A DNA stretch of 64,000 nucleotides from Antedon mediterranea (Eukaryota; Animalia; Echinodermata), in assembly GCF_964355755.1 (NCBI RefSeq), contig NC_092672.1:32742437-32806436 (forward strand), given 5' to 3'. This document shows positions 59,507-64,000 of this stretch, piece by piece. A model generated the notes under the pieces. That model did no database searches. It was not told the origin of the DNA and saw nothing but the letters and a program-made list of their open reading frames with translations. Made by a program: the position numbers and the translations under genes. Position 1 is the stretch's first letter. The number at the start of each line of letters is the position of its first letter.

Positions 59507-62121
59507 TTAATATGGGGAATTTTTAACCCCCCTTCGTCAAAATTGTTAAGCATGACTTTTCTTTTGACTTTATCGGGTTTTCCGTTCCATATAAATTTAA
59601 AAATTTTACTTTGAATATCTTGAAGGAAACAATCGGGTGGGTCTGGTAAATTTGAGAAAACATACGTGAATATCGGGAGAAACAGTGACTTAATAATAGT
59701 TGCTTTTCCAAACAAAGTAGGCCTAAGTGAGCGTTGTTTCCACATATTTAATACTTGTTCAGCATTTTTAGCCTTATTTGGAAAATTGAGTCTGAAAATA
59801 TCATTAAAATTACAAGAAATATTAACACCCAAGTATTTTACTGGGCCTTTGGTCCATGAAATACTTTTCTCAGATGGCGTTTTATAGTCGCAGTTTCTTA
59901 ACGATCCTATTCTCATAATGTTACTTTTTTCATAATTAATTCTGAGTCCAGAATATATAGAAAATTCATCCAGTATATCTATAATCGGTTTAATTGAGTT
60001 TTGGTCTTTGAGAAAAAACACAGTGTCATCTGCAAATTGGCTAATTCTTATGTCTACATTATTGTACTCTATACCTTTAAATGTGTCTGATTGACGTACC
60101 ATGTTACCTAGTGTTTCTGCACAAATTATAAAAAGATATGGGGATAAGGGACATCCTTGACGCAGGCCTCGTTTTAAATTGAAGAATTTTGATGTTACCC
60201 CGTTATTTATAACGCAACTAACAATGTCTTTATATAATATTTTTATCCAATTTATCATATTTTTACCAAAGCCAAATCTCTTAAGAGACATATCAAGGAA
60301 GTCCCATTTCACCTTATCGAAAGCCTTTTCGAAATCTACAAAAAATAGTAAGTTTGGCTTGTTGTGCATTTCTGCATATTCTATTACATCATAGACTAAT
60401 CTTATGTTTTCTCCAATATATCTGCCTTTAAGAAAGCCCGTTTGATCAGGATTAATTACTGATGGCAGCACACATTTTAAACGAGTCGCAATGGCTTTTG
60501 CTAAAATTTTATAATCCACATTTAAAAGCGAGATGGGACGCCAGTTTTTCAATAATAGCGGAGATTTATCTTTTTTCGGTATAAGTGATATCACCCCTCG
60601 TTTCTGGGAGATACTTAAAAACCCGGATTGGAAAGAATAATGGTAAGCGTTAATTAGCGTATCTTTTATATCATTCCAAAATAGTTTATAAAACTCGGCA
60701 GGAAAACCATCTGTCCCAGGGGTTTTATTGTTATCCATCGCCTTTAATGCTTCTAAACATTCTGTATCTCTAAGGGGCTGGTCACATATAGATTCATCAT
60801 CTTTATTGATTTTATCTATGTGTATCTTGTCAAAAATATCAGCAGGGTTGACATTGTTATTTTCGCCTTCAAAACTATATAATGATTCATAGAATCGTTT
60901 TTCTTCATTTATTATATCGTCGGGGTTAGTTATGTCTCCATTATCTGTTGTAATTTTAGTTATATGCTTTTTATTATAATTCCTCCTCTCTAAATTAAGA
61001 AAATATTTCGTGCTTTTTTCTCCTTCTTCTATCCAACGGGCTTTGGATCGAATCAGTGAGCCACGTGTTCTAATTTCATAGATTGATTCTAGTTCGTTTC
61101 TTTTAATTTGGATCATTTCGGTTATTTTTTCATTACTGTTTACGCAATATTGCTCTTCTAAGGTTTTGATTTCATTGTTTAATCGATCCACGTCTTTTTT
61201 AATTGTTTTATTTAGTCTACCAGAATACGACATTGATGTTCTCCTTGTATTACATTTTATCATTTCCCATACAGTATGTGGGTTATTTTCTAAACATTCT
61301 TCTTTTGTGTTTTTTATGGTTTCTTTAATTTCTTTAACGTATTGTGGGTCACTTAAAAGGCTTGTATTCAGTTTCCAGAAACCTGACCCTCGTTTACTTG
61401 TTATTCCATGTATTGATAACGTAATCAATGAATGGTCACTTTTAAAACCCGGTGATATTAAAGTTTTTTCAACTTGAGACCAAAGTTCATAGGATATAAG
61501 AAAATAATCTAACCTACAGAACACTTTTGGAGATTGATTGGAGTGCCATGTAAATTGGGTTTTAGTTGGATTTTTCTGTCTCCAGATGTCAATTAAATTA
61601 TAATTGTCTTTTATACTATTTATTTGTTCTACAGATCTCGGGTGAATTTGACCTCTTCCATTTTTCTTATCCAGATCAGGTTCAAGAATTGTATTAAAAT
61701 CTCCGCCTATTATTAGAGAGTACTGTGCGAACTCCTCAATTTTATTATTAAATTGTTCAAAAAAGAAACTGTTGTCATCATTTGGTCCATATAAATTTGC
61801 AATTGTAATATGTTTATCCTCTATTTGTATATTCATAATAATAAATTTCCCATTTTGATCATTGTATATGTTTCCTATTTTGTAGCTGACATTTAATTTT
61901 AAGAGAATACAGACTCCAGCCGAATTATTCTTTCCATTGCTAAATTTAATCTCAGAACCCCAGTCATTACGCCACGCAGTTTCCAGCTCATGTGTGCAGT
62001 GGGTTTCTTGTAGGAGATATATGGAGAAGGGTTGATCCCTTAGCCAATTAAATACGGTGCTGCGTTTAAAAGGGTTTCTAAGCCCCCGTACATTTAAACT
62101 ACATATATCTATGCTACCCAT
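59507..62121 (-). CDS. LINE ORF2 N-terminal part (APE endonuclease and reverse transcriptase)
   Basis: SLNVRGL, LQETH, GGDFN, RLDYFL, SDH, WRPISLLNVDYK, DFEKAFD, GLRQGCPLSP, FADD. Confidence 0.92.
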
Positions 62122-63257
62122 ATTTATTTTTTTGTGGTTTTATTACTGTCTGCGTTATTATTATACATTTAGTTATATCAGAGAGATAATAACAATTGAG
62201 ATCATAAACGTCGTTATAGATACTAGATACTAGATGCTAATTAAATACTTGCTCGTGACGTGTATGATGAGCATGCACCTGTAGCATTAAATTATGCGTT
62301 AATCCCTGACATTTTACCACACTCGACAAGATCAATCGTTATCAGTCAAATGTTCAATGTGTATGTTTATAATTATTATGAAATTAGAATTTGTATAGGG
62401 GAACGAAATTAGTCGAGTTTGTTGCATGCTTTCGAAAAAATAACTAAGATTTTCAAGCGCGTGCTTGAAGCTAAAATAACGAGAGCGAAGATTTCACGCG
62501 CAGGGGCTAGGCCTTCGCATGTGCGCGCCGTTGTCGTAGTGTCACTATGACGACAATTAAGTAACGTAACTAAGATCTTATTCTGAGAGACTAGCCAAGC
62601 TAGTAGTAGTGGTCTTAAAATGAGTGTGTAATTACGGGATACTGTACAAATGAAAGAGGTTAGTAGTTTTATTATTTTTAATATGAATATAACCAGGTGT
62701 CTTTTGACATTTCTTGTCCACATAAAAATAGCCTGGATCGTCCATTTATCGTTTACTAGGCTGGAAAACGATTATTTTTATTTAATAATCATATACGAGT
62801 CCTAGCTATAGCCTGGAATGTTAAATGTTCTTGGTTTTTTGCTAGACGTTTCATGTTCTTCATATTCTTAGTTTGATTGGTGATTTGAATGTCTAGGCCT
62901 AGAGTGAGGCATACGGATCAAAAGTGTAATAGGCTTAGTTAGGCCTTTCTATGCCTAGTTATTAGTTATTATAGGCCTAAATCGTTGTTTTGACCCATGG
63001 AAGAATCCTGTCAATAATACATAACGTCCTAATTACATATGTTGCCAAGTAGTAGGCCTTACTTAGGCCTATGTGGGGGAATTTTTGGTGATGATCCAAA
63101 CAAACTTATTTTGATTCTCGCGGGATTTCAGCAATTATTTTACACTAAGATCACAGGTCTGATTGCAGATGAGGGCCATAAATTCCACAATTGTATTTTT
63201 TTCTAGTTCGTGATAACCTAACATCTCGATGCCTAATCAAGATTTCACAAAATATTC

Positions 63258-63974
63258 ATGCTACCAAAAAGAAACTTAGACTGGAACGAATATCTCTTTC
63301 AAGAACCAGTAGATCCTAGACCAATTGAGAAGAAGGTGTCGTTCCGTCTAGAACCAATTACAACGAACACCAGCGGGGGTCCATCTGCGTCCACAGTATC
63401 CACTCGTCCAGGCGATACTCCATCGGGAAAGCTACGATTTGGACCAATAGAACGATCAAGAATTAAAGAATTACGTAACTATAACGCATCAACAATGTTG
63501 AAAAACTTCCAACTGCCTTTAGTTTTCAGAAAGCAATTTTATCAGAACTATCCGTCAGGATTTCTCCCGCCTATTCAAAAAGTGGTTCCAGATTGCCAGC
63601 GTGCGTCTAGGTGGCGCGCGCCATTTTCAAAATCATCAAAAGTTGTCAGTATCCCGCCAGTTGAGAGAAGGGCTACTGGATTCAAAAGTTTAAAATGCCG
63701 ATTAGAAGCAAAGGGTGTGCACGTGAGCGCGCCCAAATTAGAAAATATAGAAAAATCAGACTATAGAAAATCGGACAAGAAGGCAGACGATAAGAAAGCA
63801 GAAGATAAGGCAGAAGATAAGAAAGCAGAAGATAAAAAAGTAGACGAGAAGGCAGACAATAAAAAGGCAGAAGATAGGAAACTAGACGGCAAGAAGGCAG
63901 ACGATAAGAAAGCAGACGATAAGAAGGCAGACGATAAGGCAGGAGATAAGAAAGCAGACGATACGAAGGCATGA
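63258..63974 (+). CDS. Uncharacterised 238-aa protein with C-terminal KADDK/KAEDK repeats
   Basis: 717-bp ORF in AT-rich DNA; acceptor TTTTTTCTAG at 63206; no recognised domain. Confidence 0.5.
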   Translation: MLPKRNLDWNEYLFQEPVDPRPIEKKVSFRLEPITTNTSGGPSASTVSTRPGDTPSGKLRFGPIERSRIKELRNYNASTMLKNFQLPLVFRKQFYQNYPSGFLPPIQKVVPDCQRASRWRAPFSKSSKVVSIPPVERRATGFKSLKCRLEAKGVHVSAPKLENIEKSDYRKSDKKADDKKAEDKAEDKKAEDKKVDEKADNKKAEDRKLDGKKADDKKADDKKADDKAGDKKADDTKA

Positions 63975-64000
63975 GACAAAGGAAAGTCACCATTGTAAAA

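Larger units (their letters stand above)
51073..62235 (-). mobile_element. 5'-truncated L1/Tx1-clade LINE split by a nested insertion
   Basis: Poly(A) tail as T run 51073-51103; TSD GCTAATTAAATAC(TT) at 51060 and 62236; ORF2 in two parts. Confidence 0.9.

Noticed and set aside
62236-63200. LINE ORF1
   Set aside because: The TSD at 62236 closes the element ~115 bp upstream of ORF2

Overview
AT-rich, intron-containing animal DNA (probably a marine invertebrate, likely an echinoderm; taxon is inference). In order: last exon of a PARP12/TIPARP-type mono-ADP-ribosyltransferase whose acidic tail looks derived from a hAT transposon end and ends in CaaX; three genes with single-exon CDSs for signal peptide-FN3-TM proteins; ODAD1/CCDC63 (10 coding exons); a head-to-head pair of ureG (minus, 6 coding exons) and a 21-exon single-chain urease (plus), start codons 356 bp apart. 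Urease keeps all nickel ligands, but its first coding exon is interrupted by a 798-bp MITE and its flap-coding exon end plus splice donor is tandemly amplified. Downstream: an L1/Tx1 LINE with an otherwise intact ORF2 split by a 7.2-kb TTAA (Kolobok-like) element carrying a MULE MITE and a foldback Academ relic; then a Lys/Asp-repeat ORF. Introns hold many MITEs, P-like excision footprints and a minimal hammerhead ribozyme. All exon models were read by eye.
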